NCBI RefSeq assembly: GCF_044324875.1
Contig: NZ_CP172185.1
Direction: 5' to 3' (one strand)
Source: Escherichia coli
GTDB taxonomy: Bacteria; Pseudomonadota; Gammaproteobacteria; Enterobacterales; Enterobacteriaceae
DNA length: 64,000 bases
The notes beneath the pieces were generated by a model. It searched no databases, had not been told where the DNA came from, and saw only the letters and a list, made by a program, of their open reading frames with translations. Within the stretch, counting starts at the first letter, position 1; each line of letters opens with the position of its first letter. Below are positions 39,218 to 55,828 of the stretch, one piece after another. A program made the position numbers and the translations under genes.

Positions 39218-39988
39218 TTATGCCGCTTTATGTGCTTCTACCATGATGATATCACTGGTGAAAGAGCCGTCATTCTGCAAGGCAAAATACGTTCTCACCT
39301 CTGTCGATGCGCTCTGTTGGTAAATGCGAATAGCGTCTATTAACGCTTCTGGCGTACGCATTCTCGCGACCCATGAAGAAAATTCCAGCGGTAACTTATC
39401 TGTAATTAAATTATCAACTATCAGATTGGCTTCATTGATTAACCTCAACCACTCACCGCTGGCGTAGTTTCGTACGTGAGAGGTATCGCGTAATGCTTCT
39501 ACCGTCTGTAACCAGATGTCGCGCACTGGGTGACCCGGAGACATTACGTCCATCACAATCAGCCTACCGCCAGGTTTCAATATCCTATTCACTTCTCGCA
39601 GTGCTGCACCAACATCATGCCAGTGATGGGCAGAATAACGGCTGATAACAATATCAAATGCGTTGTCGGCAAATGGCAGACTTTCGGCATAACCCTGGCG
39701 GGTGGTGATATTTTTCAGTTGCCGGACTTCGGCAGCTTGTGCCACGACATCCAGCATTTGGGCAGATAAGTCATACGCCACCACCGTGCTCACGTTCTGC
39801 GCAGCGACAAAGCTGGCATGCCCTGCTCCGCAGCCCATATCAAGGACACTTGTATCAGGATAATCAGCCAGACGCACCGCCAGGCGCTGTAAATCTCGCC
39901 CGGATGCATGTACGGTACTGGTTAAATACTCACTGGCCTGCGAGCTAAACTGCTTTTCTACGTGGTCATGGTGGGATTGTGTTGTCAT
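39218..39988 (-). CDS. yafE: SAM-dependent methyltransferase YafE
   Basis: 256-aa ORF with SAM-binding motif LDMGCGAGH; the annotated start may be an internal Met. Confidence 0.8.
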   Translation of the reverse strand: MTTQSHHDHVEKQFSSQASEYLTSTVHASGRDLQRLAVRLADYPDTSVLDMGCGAGHASFVAAQNVSTVVAYDLSAQMLDVVAQAAEVRQLKNITTRQGYAESLPFADNAFDIVISRYSAHHWHDVGAALREVNRILKPGGRLIVMDVMSPGHPVRDIWLQTVEALRDTSHVRNYASGEWLRLINEANLIVDNLITDKLPLEFSSWVARMRTPEALIDAIRIYQQSASTEVRTYFALQNDGSFTSDIIMVEAHKAA

Positions 39989-40065
39989 TGCGCTGTCCTT
40001 TTGTTATTTGAGTATAAAAGGGCAGCGCCAAACTTTGGTCTGCCCTGTGGCAGACCTGACATACC

Positions 40066-40917
<852 letters not shown>

Positions 40918-41106
40918 CTACTGTTATAGGGATTTTAGCTCACTCTTTCAACGAGCAATTGTATATTGTTATGTAAGCAAGTGCTTACACCGGTCAGAAT
41001 TTTGCTCATTGTTGAGAACATTAAATCGGATGACATATCACGCATCCTGATGGTTTAATGACAAATAAATTCAAAATATCTCTTCTATTTTGCAACAGGA
41101 GCAAAA

Positions 41107-42021
41107 ATGAAAGCCACGTCGGAAGAACTCGCCATTTTTGTTTCGGTCGTCGAAAGCGGCAGCTTTAGCCGGGCAGCGGAACAATTAGGGCAAGCAAACT
41201 CAGCGGTAAGCCGGGCAGTGAAAAAGCTGGAGATGAAACTTGGCGTTAGCCTGCTTAATCGGACCACGCGACAACTTAGCCTGACGGAAGAAGGCGAGCG
41301 TTATTTTCGTCGCGTACAGTCAATTTTGCAGGAGATGGCAGCGGCAGAATCAGAAATTATGGAGACGCGTAATACACCGCATGGACTGTTGCGCATCGAT
41401 GCCGCAACTCCAGTGGTGCTGCACTTTCTGATGCCGTTGATTAAGCCTTTCCGTGAACGCTATCCGGAAGTCACTTTGTCGCTAGTCTCCTCCGAAACGA
41501 TTATTAATTTGATCGAAAGAAAAGTTGATGTCGCGATACGCGCCGGTACGTTAACGGATTCCAGCTTACGTGCCAGGCCGTTATTTAATAGTTATCGAAA
41601 AATTATCGCCTCCCCCGATTATATTTCCCGCTACGGGAAGCCAGAAACGATCGACGATTTAAAGCAACATGTTTGCCTGGGATTCACTGAACCCGCTTCC
41701 CTCAATACCTGGCCGATAGCCTGTAGTGATGGACAATTACATGAGGTGAAGTACGGTTTGTCATCCAATAGTGGGGAAACACTGAAACAGCTTTGCCTGA
41801 GTGGCAACGGGATTGCGTGTTTGTCCGACTACATGATCGACAAAGAAATCGCTCGCGGAGAATTGGTGGAGTTAATGGCAGATAAAGTGTTGCCAGTGGC
41901 AATGCCATTCAGTGCAGTCTATTACAGCGACCGTGCGGTAAGTACGCGCATCCGGGCTTTTATCGATTTCCTTAGCGAGCATGTAAAAACAGCTCCCGGA
42001 GGAGCTGTCAGAGAGGCTTAA
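41107..42021 (+). CDS. yafC: LysR-family transcriptional regulator YafC
   Basis: 304-aa ORF with N-terminal LysR helix-turn-helix ([36 protein letters not shown]). Confidence 0.88.
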   Translation: MKATSEELAIFVSVVESGSFSRAAEQLGQANSAVSRAVKKLEMKLGVSLLNRTTRQLSLTEEGERYFRRVQSILQEMAAAESEIMETRNTPHGLLRIDAATPVVLHFLMPLIKPFRERYPEVTLSLVSSETIINLIERKVDVAIRAGTLTDSSLRARPLFNSYRKIIASPDYISRYGKPETIDDLKQHVCLGFTEPASLNTWPIACSDGQLHEVKYGLSSNSGETLKQLCLSGNGIACLSDYMIDKEIARGELVELMADKVLPVAMPFSAVYYSDRAVSTRIRAFIDFLSEHVKTAPGGAVREA

Positions 42022-42821
42022 TCCCATTCAGGAGCCAGACCTTTCGGGCTAACCAGGCGGTCGTTGCAATCCAGGGCGGCGATCGCTTTTTTATCTTTGG
42101 CATCGAGCTGTAAATTTTGTGCCTTAAGATTACTTTCCAGGTTTTTACGTTTAGTAGAAGAAGGAATTACTGAGTAACCTTCCCCCATAGCCCACGCCAG
42201 AATCACTTGTGCCGGAGTCGCATTGTGTTTAGCTGCGATACGAGCAATAACCTCATCTTTCAGGGCCTTACCATACGCCAGCGTCATATAGGAAGTAATA
42301 TGGATGCCGTGCTGTTTAGCCCAGGCAACCACTTTACGGTTTTGCAGATAAGGAGAGAGTTCAATCTGGTTAGTAGCGATGTTTTCAGCGCCAACAGCAG
42401 CAATCGCTTTTTCCATCAATGGGATCGTGAAGTTGGAAATACCGATCTCACGCGTCAGCCCTTGTTTTTTCGCTTCCAGCAGCGCCTGCATAAACTCTTC
42501 AACAGAGACTTCATCGTTTGGTGACGGCCAGTGGATTAGCGTCAGATCAACATAATTGGTACGCAATTTTTGCAGGCTCTCTTTCAGACTTGGGATCAAT
42601 TTGTCTTTGCTGAGATTTTCAATCCAGATTTTAGTGGTGATGTAGAGTTCATTACGTGGCACGCCACTTTCTGCAATCGCCTGACCTACTGCGGCTTCGT
42701 TATCATAGATTTGTGCGGTATCAATTGCGCGATAACCAAGTTCTAGCGCCGTTTTCACAGATGAAATAACAACGTCGTCTTTGAGACGGAAAGTACCTAA
42801 ACCAAATGCAGGGATAGCCAT
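42018..42821 (-). CDS. dkgB: 2,5-diketo-D-gluconate reductase B (aldo-keto reductase)
   Basis: 267-aa [21 protein letters not shown]...; aldo-keto reductase family. Confidence 0.9.
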   Translation of the reverse strand: MAIPAFGLGTFRLKDDVVISSVKTALELGYRAIDTAQIYDNEAAVGQAIAESGVPRNELYITTKIWIENLSKDKLIPSLKESLQKLRTNYVDLTLIHWPSPNDEVSVEEFMQALLEAKKQGLTREIGISNFTIPLMEKAIAAVGAENIATNQIELSPYLQNRKVVAWAKQHGIHITSYMTLAYGKALKDEVIARIAAKHNATPAQVILAWAMGEGYSVIPSSTKRKNLESNLKAQNLQLDAKDKKAIAALDCNDRLVSPKGLAPEWD

Positions 42822-42943
42822 AATATGCCTCTTTTAATGCTATGTTCGTTAACTGAGGTGATTATGGACTTTAGACTGTTGCGGAAAAAGGGCGTAAAAC
42901 GCAGAGGATTTTTGCGATTTTGGCAATAATAGAAATACAGACG

Positions 42944-42972
42944 AAAAAAAACCTCGAGCGTTAACTCGAGGC
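42944..42972 (-). terminator. rrnH operon terminator (after aspU)
   Basis: On the minus strand, hairpin cctcgag-ttaacg-ctcgagg followed by eight T. Confidence 0.65.
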
Positions 42973-42983
42973 TTCTTAATAAG

Positions 42984-43060
42984 TGGCGGAACGGACGGGA
43001 CTCGAACCCGCGACCCCCTGCGTGACAGGCAGGTATTCTAACCGACTGAACTACCGCTCC
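42984..43060 (-). tRNA. aspU: tRNA-Asp (GUC), distal gene of rrnH
   Basis: 77 nt, identical to the aspV sequence at 34760-34836; located just 3' of the 5S rRNA. Confidence 0.97.
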
Positions 43061-43112
43061 ACCGAATTCTTTTACAACCACCGGTTTTATGACCGGTTTA
43101 CTGCTTAATTTG

Positions 43113-43232
43113 ATGCCTGGCAGTTCCCTACTCTCGCATGGGGAGACCCCACACTACCATCGGCGCTACGGCGTTTCACTTCTGAGTTCGGCATGGGGTC
43201 AGGTGGGACCACCGCGCTACGGCCGCCAGGCA
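43113..43232 (-). rRNA. rrfH: 5S ribosomal RNA
   Basis: 120-nt reverse-complement match to E. coli 5S rRNA (ATGCCTGGCAGTTCCCTACTCTCGCATGGGGAGACCCC...). Confidence 0.95.
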
Positions 43233-43324
43233 AATTCTGTTTATCAGACCGCTTCTGCGTTCTGATTTAATCTGTATCAGGCTGAAAATCTTTCTCTCAT
43301 CCGCCAAAACATCTTCGGCGTTGT

Positions 43325-46229
<2,905 letters not shown>

Positions 46230-46403
46230 TCACAACCCGAAGATGTTTCACTTCAGAGTTGCGAAAATTTGAGAGACTCACGAACAACTTTCGTTGTTCA
46301 GTGTTTCAATTTTCAGCTTGATCCAGATTTTTAAAGAGCAAAACTTCGCAGTGAACCTTTGCAGGTACACTCTGAAGTATTTTTTATTTAATCACTACAG
46401 AGA

Positions 46404-46479
46404 TGGTGGAGCTATGCGGGATCGAACCGCAGACCTCCTGCGTGCAAAGCAGGCGCTCTCCCAGCTGAGCTATAGCCCC
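46404..46479 (-). tRNA. alaV: tRNA-Ala (UGC), rrn spacer
   Basis: 76-nt reverse complement of GGGGCTATAGCTCAGCTGGGAGAGCGCCTGCTTTGCACGCAGGAGGTCTGCGGTTCGATCCCGCATAGCTCCACCA. Confidence 0.96.
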
Positions 46480-46521
46480 ATAACATGTAGTTAAAACCTC
46501 TTCAAATTTGCGGTGCAAATT

Positions 46522-46598
<77 letters not shown>

Positions 46599-46666
46599 GT
46601 AGAGGTTTTACTGCTCATTTTCATCAGACAATCTGTGTGAGCACTGCAAAGCACAGTTCTTTAAGG

Positions 46667-48208
<1,542 letters not shown>

Positions 48209-48332
48209 AAAAGTTTGATGCTCAAAGAATTAAACTTCGTAATAAATTACGTGTTCACTCTTGAGACTTGGTATTCATTTTTCGTCTTGCGACGTTAAGA
48301 ATCCGTATCTTCGAGTGCCCACACAGATTGTC

Positions 48333-48352
48333 TGATAAATTGTTAAAGAGCA
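48333..48352 (-). promoter_or_regulatory. rrn leader boxA antitermination element
   Basis: Plus-strand tgataaattgttaaagagca is the reverse complement of the boxA-containing TGCTCTTTAACAATTTATCA in rrn leaders. Confidence 0.6.
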
Positions 48353-48379
48353 GTTGCGACGCGGCTTTCAGCTCACTGT

Positions 48380-48560
48380 CGCGAGGTGGCGTATATTACG
48401 CTTTCCTCTTTAAGAGTCAACCCTGAATTTCAGGATTTTTTCTCTTCAACCGAACCAGCTGTTTGTGTGAAGTGATTCACATCTGCCGTGTCGATGGAGG
48501 CGCATTATAGGGAGTCGTTTCAGGAAGACAAGCGGAAAAATGCATTTTTATTTCAACCGC
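48380..48560 (-). promoter_or_regulatory. rrnH tandem promoters P1 and P2 with UP element
   Basis: Minus strand: P1 -10 TATAATGCGCC (plus 48499-48509) with a TTGTCT-like -35 (about 48526-48532) and an AT-rich UP element (48534-48560); P2 -35 TTGACT (48415-48420) and -10 TAATAT (48393-48398) with a GC-rich discriminator. Confidence 0.6.
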
Positions 48561-48574
48561 TCATCTTTTAATCA

Positions 48575-49147
48575 TTACGCCGGTTTTTGCTGCTTTTTTA
48601 TCGCTTGCGGCAGGTCTGCCAGGCTATTTAACACCCAATCCGCCGCGTTTTCTGCTTCAGGCGTAACAGGTTTACCCGTACGCACCAGCACTTTTGTTCC
48701 CACGTTCGCCGCAGCCGCTGCCTGCATATCTTCTAATTTATCGCCCACCATATAAGAAGCGGCCATATCAATATGCAAATAATCGCGTGCTGACAAAAGC
48801 ATCCCCGGATGTGGTTTGCGGCAGTCGCAGACCTGGCGAAACTCTTCAACACTACCCTGCGGATGATGCGGGCAATAATAGATACCATCCAGATCGACAT
48901 CGCGGTCCGCCAGCGACCAGTCCATCCACTCGGTCAGCGTTTCAAACTGTGCTTCAGTAAATTTACCGCGAGCAATGCCAGACTGGTTGGTTACTACCAC
49001 CAGCGCAAAGCCCATTTTTTTTAGCTCGCGCATGGCGTCAATAACACCGTCGATAAATTCAAAGTTGTCGATCTCATGGACATAGCCGTGATCGACATTA
49101 ATGGTGCCATCACGGTCAAGAAAAATTGCGGGTACGCTCTTCGCCAC
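48575..49147 (-). CDS. gmhB: D-glycero-beta-D-manno-heptose-1,7-bisphosphate 7-phosphatase
   Basis: 190-aa ORF with HAD-phosphatase motif FLDRDGTIN and a CxH...C zinc site; conserved position next to rrnH. Confidence 0.9.
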   Translation of the reverse strand: MAKSVPAIFLDRDGTINVDHGYVHEIDNFEFIDGVIDAMRELKKMGFALVVVTNQSGIARGKFTEAQFETLTEWMDWSLADRDVDLDGIYYCPHHPQGSVEEFRQVCDCRKPHPGMLLSARDYLHIDMAASYMVGDKLEDMQAAAAANVGTKVLVRTGKPVTPEAENAADWVLNSLADLPQAIKKQQKPA

Positions 49148-49246
49148 CTTTTATAGCTCCTTAATAAGGCATGTGACGCTAGTATCGCATGTTTCGACCA
49201 GCAAGAAAGTGCTCTTCGCATAAACCTGATTGATTTAGACGTCTGG

Positions 49247-49262
49247 ATGCCTTAACATCCAT
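49247..49262. promoter_or_regulatory. Putative MetJ operator (met box) upstream of metN
   Basis: AGACGTCT followed by GGATGCCT about 80 nt upstream of the metN start; matches the 8-bp met-box consensus in the first repeat. Confidence 0.45.
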
Positions 49263-49334
49263 TTCATTGACGGCGTTGCCCGTTCCAGGCATTCGAAATG
49301 CCACGACTAACTTAATGACGATAATAAATAATCA

Positions 49335-50366
49335 ATGATAAAACTTTCGAATATCACCAAAGTGTTCCACCAGGGCACCCGCACCATCCAGGCGTTGAAC
49401 AACGTCAGCCTGCATGTGCCAGCTGGACAAATTTATGGCGTTATCGGTGCCTCAGGCGCGGGTAAGAGTACGCTTATACGTTGTGTAAACCTGCTGGAGC
49501 GCCCAACCGAGGGTAGCGTGCTGGTCGATGGCCAGGAACTGACCACGCTGTCAGAATCCGAGTTGACCAAAGCTCGCCGCCAGATTGGTATGATTTTCCA
49601 GCATTTTAACCTGCTCTCTTCGCGCACTGTTTTTGGCAACGTGGCTCTGCCGCTGGAGCTGGACAACACACCGAAAGATGAGATCAAACGTCGCGTGACG
49701 GAATTGCTGTCATTGGTTGGTCTTGGCGATAAGCATGATAGCTACCCGTCGAATCTTTCCGGTGGGCAGAAACAACGTGTGGCGATTGCCCGTGCATTAG
49801 CCAGCAATCCCAAAGTATTGCTGTGTGATGAAGCCACCAGCGCGCTGGACCCGGCAACGACACGTTCTATTCTCGAACTGCTGAAAGACATTAACCGCCG
49901 TCTGGGTTTGACGATTCTGTTGATCACCCACGAAATGGACGTTGTGAAGCGTATTTGTGATTGCGTGGCGGTCATCAGCAATGGCGAACTGATCGAGCAG
50001 GACACGGTAAGTGAAGTGTTCTCGCATCCGAAAACGCCGCTGGCGCAGAAGTTTATTCAGTCGACCCTGCATCTGGATATCCCGGAAGATTATCAGGAGC
50101 GTCTGCAAGCGGAGCCATTCACTGACTGCGTGCCGATGTTGCGTCTGGAGTTTACCGGTCAATCGGTCGATGCCCCACTGCTTTCTGAAACCGCGCGTCG
50201 TTTCAACGTCAACAACAACATTATTAGCGCGCAGATGGATTACGCCGGTGGCGTTAAGTTCGGCATCATGCTGACTGAAATGCACGGCACACAACAAGAT
50301 ACGCAAGCCGCCATTGCCTGGCTGCAGGAACACCATGTAAAAGTAGAGGTACTGGGTTATGTCTGA
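49335..50366 (+). CDS. metN: Methionine ABC transporter ATP-binding protein
   Basis: 343-aa ORF with Walker [10 protein letters not shown] and ABC signature LSGGQKQR. Confidence 0.93.
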
Positions 50367-51012
50367 GCCGATGATGTGGCTGCTGGTTCGTGGCGTATGG
50401 GAAACGCTGGCAATGACCTTCGTATCCGGATTTTTTGGGTTTGTGATTGGTCTGCCGGTTGGCGTCCTGCTTTATGTCACGCGTCCGGGGCAAATTATTG
50501 CTAACGCGAAGCTGTATCGTACCGTTTCTGCGATTGTGAACATTTTCCGTTCTATCCCGTTCATTATCTTGCTGGTATGGATGATTCCGTTTACCCGAGT
50601 TATTGTCGGTACATCGATTGGTTTGCAGGCAGCGATTGTTCCGTTAACCGTTGGTGCAGCACCGTTTATTGCCCGTATGGTCGAGAACGCTCTGCTGGAG
50701 ATCCCAACCGGGTTAATTGAAGCTTCCCGCGCAATGGGTGCCACGCCAATGCAGATCGTCCGTAAAGTGCTGTTACCGGAAGCGTTGCCGGGTCTGGTGA
50801 ATGCGGCAACTATCACCCTGATTACCCTGGTCGGTTATTCCGCGATGGGTGGTGCAGTCGGTGCCGGTGGTTTAGGTCAGATTGGCTATCAGTATGGCTA
50901 CATCGGCTACAACGCGACGGTGATGAATACGGTACTGGTATTGCTGGTCATTCTGGTTTATTTAATTCAGTTCGCAGGCGACCGCATCGTCCGGGCTGTC
51001 ACTCGCAAGTAA
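50359..51012 (+). CDS. metI: Methionine ABC transporter permease
   Basis: 217-aa hydrophobic ORF overlapping the metN stop; ABC permease. Confidence 0.92.
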
Positions 51013-51051
51013 CGTTCAACACAACATAAATAATTGAAGAAGGAATAAGGT

Positions 51052-51867
51052 ATGGCGTTCAAATTCAAAACCTTTGCGGCAGTGGGAGCCCTGATTGGAT
51101 CACTGGCACTGGTAGGCTGCGGTCAGGATGAAAAAGATCCAAACCACATTAAAGTCGGCGTGATTGTTGGTGCCGAACAGCAGGTTGCAGAAGTCGCGCA
51201 GAAAGTTGCGAAAGACAAATATGGCCTGGACGTTGAGCTGGTAACCTTCAACGACTATGTTCTGCCAAACGAAGCATTGAGCAAAGGCGATATCGACGCC
51301 AACGCCTTCCAGCATAAACCGTACCTTGATCAGCAACTGAAAGATCGTGGCTACAAACTGGTCGCAGTAGGCAACACTTTTGTTTATCCGATTGCAGGTT
51401 ACTCCAAGAAAATCAAATCACTGGATGAACTGCAGGATGGTTCGCAGGTTGCCGTGCCAAACGACCCAACTAACCTTGGTCGTTCACTGCTACTGCTGCA
51501 AAAAGTGGGCTTGATCAAACTGAAAGATGGCGTTGGCCTGCTGCCGACAGTTCTTGATGTTGTTGAGAACCCAAAAAATCTGAAAATTGTTGAGCTGGAA
51601 GCACCGCAGCTGCCGCGCTCTCTGGACGACGCGCAAATCGCTCTGGCAGTTATTAACACCACCTATGCCAGCCAGATTGGCCTGACTCCAGCGAAAGACG
51701 GTATCTTTGTCGAAGATAAAGACTCCCCGTATGTAAACCTGATCGTGACGCGTGAAGATAACAAAGACGCCGAGAACGTGAAGAAATTCGTCCAGGCTTA
51801 TCAGTCTGACGAAGTTTACGAAGCAGCAAACAAAGTGTTTAACGGCGGCGCTGTTAAAGGCTGGTAA
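51052..51867 (+). CDS. metQ: Methionine-binding lipoprotein MetQ
   Basis: 271-aa ORF with lipoprotein signal (LALVGCGQ); NlpA-family binding protein. Confidence 0.92.
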   Translation: MAFKFKTFAAVGALIGSLALVGCGQDEKDPNHIKVGVIVGAEQQVAEVAQKVAKDKYGLDVELVTFNDYVLPNEALSKGDIDANAFQHKPYLDQQLKDRGYKLVAVGNTFVYPIAGYSKKIKSLDELQDGSQVAVPNDPTNLGRSLLLLQKVGLIKLKDGVGLLPTVLDVVENPKNLKIVELEAPQLPRSLDDAQIALAVINTTYASQIGLTPAKDGIFVEDKDSPYVNLIVTREDNKDAENVKKFVQAYQSDEVYEAANKVFNGGAVKGW

Positions 51868-51984
51868 TTTTTAGGCTGTTTCCACAATTTGTAATATCAT
51901 TCAGGACGGGCGCTTGCCCGTCTTGTCATTTTTACAAGCTCCTGATTCAATATTGACGTTTTGATCATACATTGAGGAAATACT

Positions 51985-52389
51985 ATGCGTGCTTTACCGA
52001 TCTGTTTAGTAGCACTCATGCTAAGCGGCTGTTCCATGTTAAGCAGATCCCCTGTCGAACCCGTTCAAAGCACTGCACCCCAGCCGAAAGCGGAGCCTGC
52101 AAAACCGAAAGCGCCGCGCGCCACGCCGGTCCGAATTTATACCAATGCAGAAGAATTAGTCGGCAAACCGTTCCGCGATCTCGGTGAAGTCAGTGGCGAC
52201 TCTTGCCAGGCCTCTAATCAGGACTCTCCGCCGAGCATTCCAACCGCGCGTAAGCGGATGCAAATCAACGCCTCGAAAATGAAAGCCAATGCGGTATTAC
52301 TGCATAGCTGCGAAGTCACCAGCGGTACGCCAGGCTGCTATCGTCAGGCTGTATGTATCGGTTCTGCGCTTAACATTACGGCGAAATGA
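51985..52389 (+). CDS. rcsF: Outer-membrane lipoprotein RcsF
   Basis: 134-aa ORF MRALPICLVALMLSGCSM... with lipobox; conserved neighbourhood. Confidence 0.9.
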   Translation: MRALPICLVALMLSGCSMLSRSPVEPVQSTAPQPKAEPAKPKAPRATPVRIYTNAEELVGKPFRDLGEVSGDSCQASNQDSPPSIPTARKRMQINASKMKANAVLLHSCEVTSGTPGCYRQAVCIGSALNITAK

Positions 52390-53093
52390 GCAGTTTCCAG
52401 TTCGAGCAAATAGGCGTTATTCGCTCGCCCTATAAAGAAAAATTCGCCGTTCCGCGCCAGCCAGGTCTGGTAAAAAGCGCCAACGGCGAGCTGCATCTCA
52501 TTGCTCCCTACAACCAGGCCGACGCCGTTCGCGGCCTGGAAGCGTTCAGCCATTTATGGATCCTTTTCGTCTTTCATCAAACGATGGAAGGCGGCTGGCG
52601 TCCGACTGTGCGTCCACCGCGCCTCGGCGGTAATGCCAGAATGGGTGTTTTCGCTACGCGCTCCACTTTCCGCCCTAACCCGATTGGTATGTCGCTGGTA
52701 GAGCTGAAAGAGGTTGTTTGCCATAAAGACAGCGTGATTCTGAAGCTCGGCAGTCTGGATCTGGTCGATGGTACGCCGGTGGTGGATATCAAACCGTATC
52801 TCCCCTTTGCCGAATCGCTTCCAAATGCCAGTGCCAGCTATGCGCAAAGTGCGCCAGCGGCAGAGATGGCGGTGAGCTTTACCGCAGAGGTCGAAAAGCA
52901 GCTTTTGACGCTGGAGAAACGTTATCCGCAGTTAACGCTGTTTATCCGCGAAGTACTGGCGCAGGACCCGCGCCCGGCCTATCGTAAAGGTGAGGAAACG
53001 GGCAAAACCTATGCCGTCTGGCTGCATGATTTTAACGTTCGCTGGCGCGTCACCGACGCAGGTTTTGAAGTCTTTGCGCTGGAACCGCGTTAA
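52386..53093 (+). CDS. trmO: tRNA (adenine37-N6)-methyltransferase TrmO (YaeB)
   Basis: 235-aa ORF; YaeB/TsaA-like sequence; overlaps the rcsF stop. Confidence 0.85.
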   Translation: MSSFQFEQIGVIRSPYKEKFAVPRQPGLVKSANGELHLIAPYNQADAVRGLEAFSHLWILFVFHQTMEGGWRPTVRPPRLGGNARMGVFATRSTFRPNPIGMSLVELKEVVCHKDSVILKLGSLDLVDGTPVVDIKPYLPFAESLPNASASYAQSAPAAEMAVSFTAEVEKQLLTLEKRYPQLTLFIREVLAQDPRPAYRKGEETGKTYAVWLHDFNVRWRVTDAGFEVFALEPR

Positions 53094-53203
53094 ATTCGCG
53101 CCCTTCTCTTTTGACATTTCTTTTGCACTGGTAAACTAAATCACTTTTTTTGTCCCAGGCTCACCTTGAGCCTGTTCTACCTTCCAACTGGAACCGTAAC
53201 AAC

Positions 53204-54922
53204 ATGCGTACTAGCCAATACCTGCTCTCCACTCTCAAGGAGACACCTGCCGACGCCGAGGTGATCAGCCATCAGCTGATGCTGCGCGCCGGGATGATCC
53301 GCAAGCTGGCCTCCGGGTTATATACCTGGCTGCCGACCGGCGTGCGCGTTCTGAAAAAAGTCGAAAACATCGTGCGTGAAGAGATGAACAACGCCGGTGC
53401 GATCGAGGTGTCGATGCCGGTGGTTCAGCCAGCCGATTTGTGGCAAGAGAGTGGTCGTTGGGAACAGTACGGTCCGGAACTGCTGCGTTTTGTTGACCGT
53501 GGCGAGCGTCCGTTCGTACTCGGCCCAACTCATGAAGAAGTTATTACAGACCTGATTCGTAACGAGCTTAGCTCTTACAAACAGCTGCCGCTGAACTTCT
53601 ATCAGATCCAGACCAAGTTCCGCGACGAAGTGCGTCCGCGTTTCGGCGTCATGCGTTCCCGCGAATTCCTGATGAAAGATGCTTACTCTTTCCATACTTC
53701 TCAGGAATCCCTGCAGGAAACCTACGATGCAATGTATGCGGCCTACAGCAAAATCTTCAGCCGCATGGGGCTGGATTTCCGCGCCGTACAGGCCGACACC
53801 GGTTCTATCGGCGGTAGCGCCTCTCACGAATTCCAGGTGCTGGCGCAGAGCGGTGAAGACGATGTGGTCTTCTCCGACACCTCTGACTATGCAGCGAACA
53901 TTGAACTGGCAGAAGCTATCGCGCCGAAAGAACCGCGCGCTGCTGCTACCCAGGAAATGACGCTGGTTGATACGCCGAACGCGAAAACCATCGCGGAACT
54001 GGTTGAACAGTTCAATCTGCCGATTGAGAAAACGGTGAAGACTCTGCTGGTTAAAGCGGTTGAAGGCAGTAGCTTCCCGCTGGTTGCGCTGCTGGTGCGT
54101 GGTGACCACGAGCTGAACGAAGTTAAAGCAGAAAAACTGCCGCAGGTTGCAAGCCCGCTGACTTTTGCGACCGAAGAAGAAATTCGTGCCGTGGTTAAAG
54201 CCGGTCCGGGTTCACTGGGTCCGGTAAACATGCCGATTCCGGTGGTGATTGACCGTACCGTTGCAGCGATGAGTGATTTCGCTGCTGGTGCTAACATCGA
54301 TGGTAAACACTACTTCGGCATCAACTGGGATCGCGATGTCGCTACCCCAGAAATTGCTGATATCCGTAACGTGGTGGCGGGCGATCCAAGCCCGGATGGC
54401 CAGGGTACACTGCTGATCAAACGTGGTATCGAAGTTGGTCACATCTTCCAGCTGGGTACCAAGTACTCCGAAGCACTGAAAGCCTCCGTACAGGGTGAAG
54501 ATGGCCGTAATCAAATCCTGACGATGGGTTGCTACGGTATCGGAGTAACGCGTGTAGTAGCTGCGGCGATTGAGCAGAACTACGACGAACGCGGCATCGT
54601 ATGGCCTGACGCTATCGCACCGTTCCAGGTGGCGATTCTGCCGATGAACATGCACAAATCCTTCCGCGTACAGGAGCTTGCTGAGAAACTGTACAGCGAA
54701 CTGCGCGCGCAGGGTATTGAAGTGCTGCTGGATGACCGCAAAGAGCGTCCGGGCGTGATGTTTGCTGATATGGAACTGATCGGTATTCCGCACACTATTG
54801 TGCTGGGCGACCGTAACCTCGACAACGACGATATCGAATATAAATATCGTCGTAACGGCGAGAAACAGTTAATTAAGACTGGTGACATCGTCGATTATCT
54901 GGTGAAACAGATTAAAGGCTGA
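53204..54922 (+). CDS. proS: Prolyl-tRNA synthetase
   Basis: 572 aa from ATG 53204 ([20 protein letters not shown]...); class II aaRS sequence; the track ORF is 5' over-extended. Confidence 0.95.
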   Translation: MRTSQYLLSTLKETPADAEVISHQLMLRAGMIRKLASGLYTWLPTGVRVLKKVENIVREEMNNAGAIEVSMPVVQPADLWQESGRWEQYGPELLRFVDRGERPFVLGPTHEEVITDLIRNELSSYKQLPLNFYQIQTKFRDEVRPRFGVMRSREFLMKDAYSFHTSQESLQETYDAMYAAYSKIFSRMGLDFRAVQADTGSIGGSASHEFQVLAQSGEDDVVFSDTSDYAANIELAEAIAPKEPRAAATQEMTLVDTPNAKTIAELVEQFNLPIEKTVKTLLVKAVEGSSFPLVALLVRGDHELNEVKAEKLPQVASPLTFATEEEIRAVVKAGPGSLGPVNMPIPVVIDRTVAAMSDFAAGANIDGKHYFGINWDRDVATPEIADIRNVVAGDPSPDGQGTLLIKRGIEVGHIFQLGTKYSEALKASVQGEDGRNQILTMGCYGIGVTRVVAAAIEQNYDERGIVWPDAIAPFQVAILPMNMHKSFRVQELAEKLYSELRAQGIEVLLDDRKERPGVMFADMELIGIPHTIVLGDRNLDNDDIEYKYRRNGEKQLIKTGDIVDYLVKQIKG

Positions 54923-54929
54923 TGCCAGA

Positions 54930-54959
54930 AAGGGTCCTGAATTTCAGGGCCCTTTTTTA
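54930..54959 (+). terminator. proS terminator
   Basis: Hairpin gggtcctgaa / ttcagggccc followed by tttttt. Confidence 0.6.
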
Positions 54960-54974
54960 CATGGATTGTATAAA

Positions 54975-55799
54975 ATGGATAAACCAAAGGCGCATTGCTG
55001 CCTGCTTCTCCCCTGCTTTCTTTTCCTTTCGGCCTGTACCGTAGATATCAGCCAGCCAGACTCATCAGCCACAGCGGTAGATGCCGGGGCGAAAACATGG
55101 GCAGTCCAATTCCAGCATCAAAGCTCTTTCACCGAACAATCAATAAAAGAAATAACGGAACCTGATCTCAAACCCGGCGATTTGCTGTTCTCCTCAAGCC
55201 TTGGGGTAACCTCATTTGGAATCCGCGTCTTCAGCACTTCCTCTGTGAGTCACGTTGCAATCTATCTGGGTGAAAATAACGTTGCAGAAGCGACAGGCGC
55301 TGGCGTCCAGATTGTTTCCCTCAAAAAAGCGATGAAGCATAGCGATAAGCTTTTCGTCTTACGAGTCCCGGATCTTACCCCGCAACAAGCCACAGAAATC
55401 ACCGCGTTCGCCAACAAAATTAAAGATAGCGGTTACAACTATCGCGGCATTGTCGAATTTATTCCCTTTATGGTGACTCGCCAGATGTGCTCACTGAATC
55501 CGTTCTCCGAGGATTTTCGTCAACAGTGCGTCAGCGGCCTGGCGAAAGCGCAGTTAAGCAGTGTGGGCGAAGGAGACAAAAAGTCGTGGTTTTGTTCGGA
55601 ATTTGTCACTGATGCATTTGCCAAAGCCGGGCATCCGCTTACCCTAGCGCAATCGGGCTGGATTAGCCCTGCCGATCTGATGCATATGCGTATTGGTGAT
55701 GTCTCTGCGTTTAAGCCAGAAACGCAGTTACAGTATGTTGGGCACCTGAAGCCAGGGATTTATATCAAGGCGGGTCGCTTTGTTGGGCTGACTCAGTGA
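54975..55799 (+). CDS. yaeF: Putative lipoprotein YaeF (NlpC/P60-like)
   Basis: About 274 aa from MDKPKAHCCLLLPCFLFLSAC...; conserved position after proS. Confidence 0.8.
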   Translation: MDKPKAHCCLLLPCFLFLSACTVDISQPDSSATAVDAGAKTWAVQFQHQSSFTEQSIKEITEPDLKPGDLLFSSSLGVTSFGIRVFSTSSVSHVAIYLGENNVAEATGAGVQIVSLKKAMKHSDKLFVLRVPDLTPQQATEITAFANKIKDSGYNYRGIVEFIPFMVTRQMCSLNPFSEDFRQQCVSGLAKAQLSSVGEGDKKSWFCSEFVTDAFAKAGHPLTLAQSGWISPADLMHMRIGDVSAFKPETQLQYVGHLKPGIYIKAGRFVGLTQ

Positions 55800-55801
55800 T
55801 G

Positions 55802-55825
55802 AAAGCCGGAGAATGCTCCGGCTTT
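55802..55825. terminator. Hairpin between convergent yaeF and nlpE
   Basis: aaagccggag-aatg-ctccggcttt; T-runs are weak in both directions. Confidence 0.4.
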
Positions 55826-55828
55826 CAA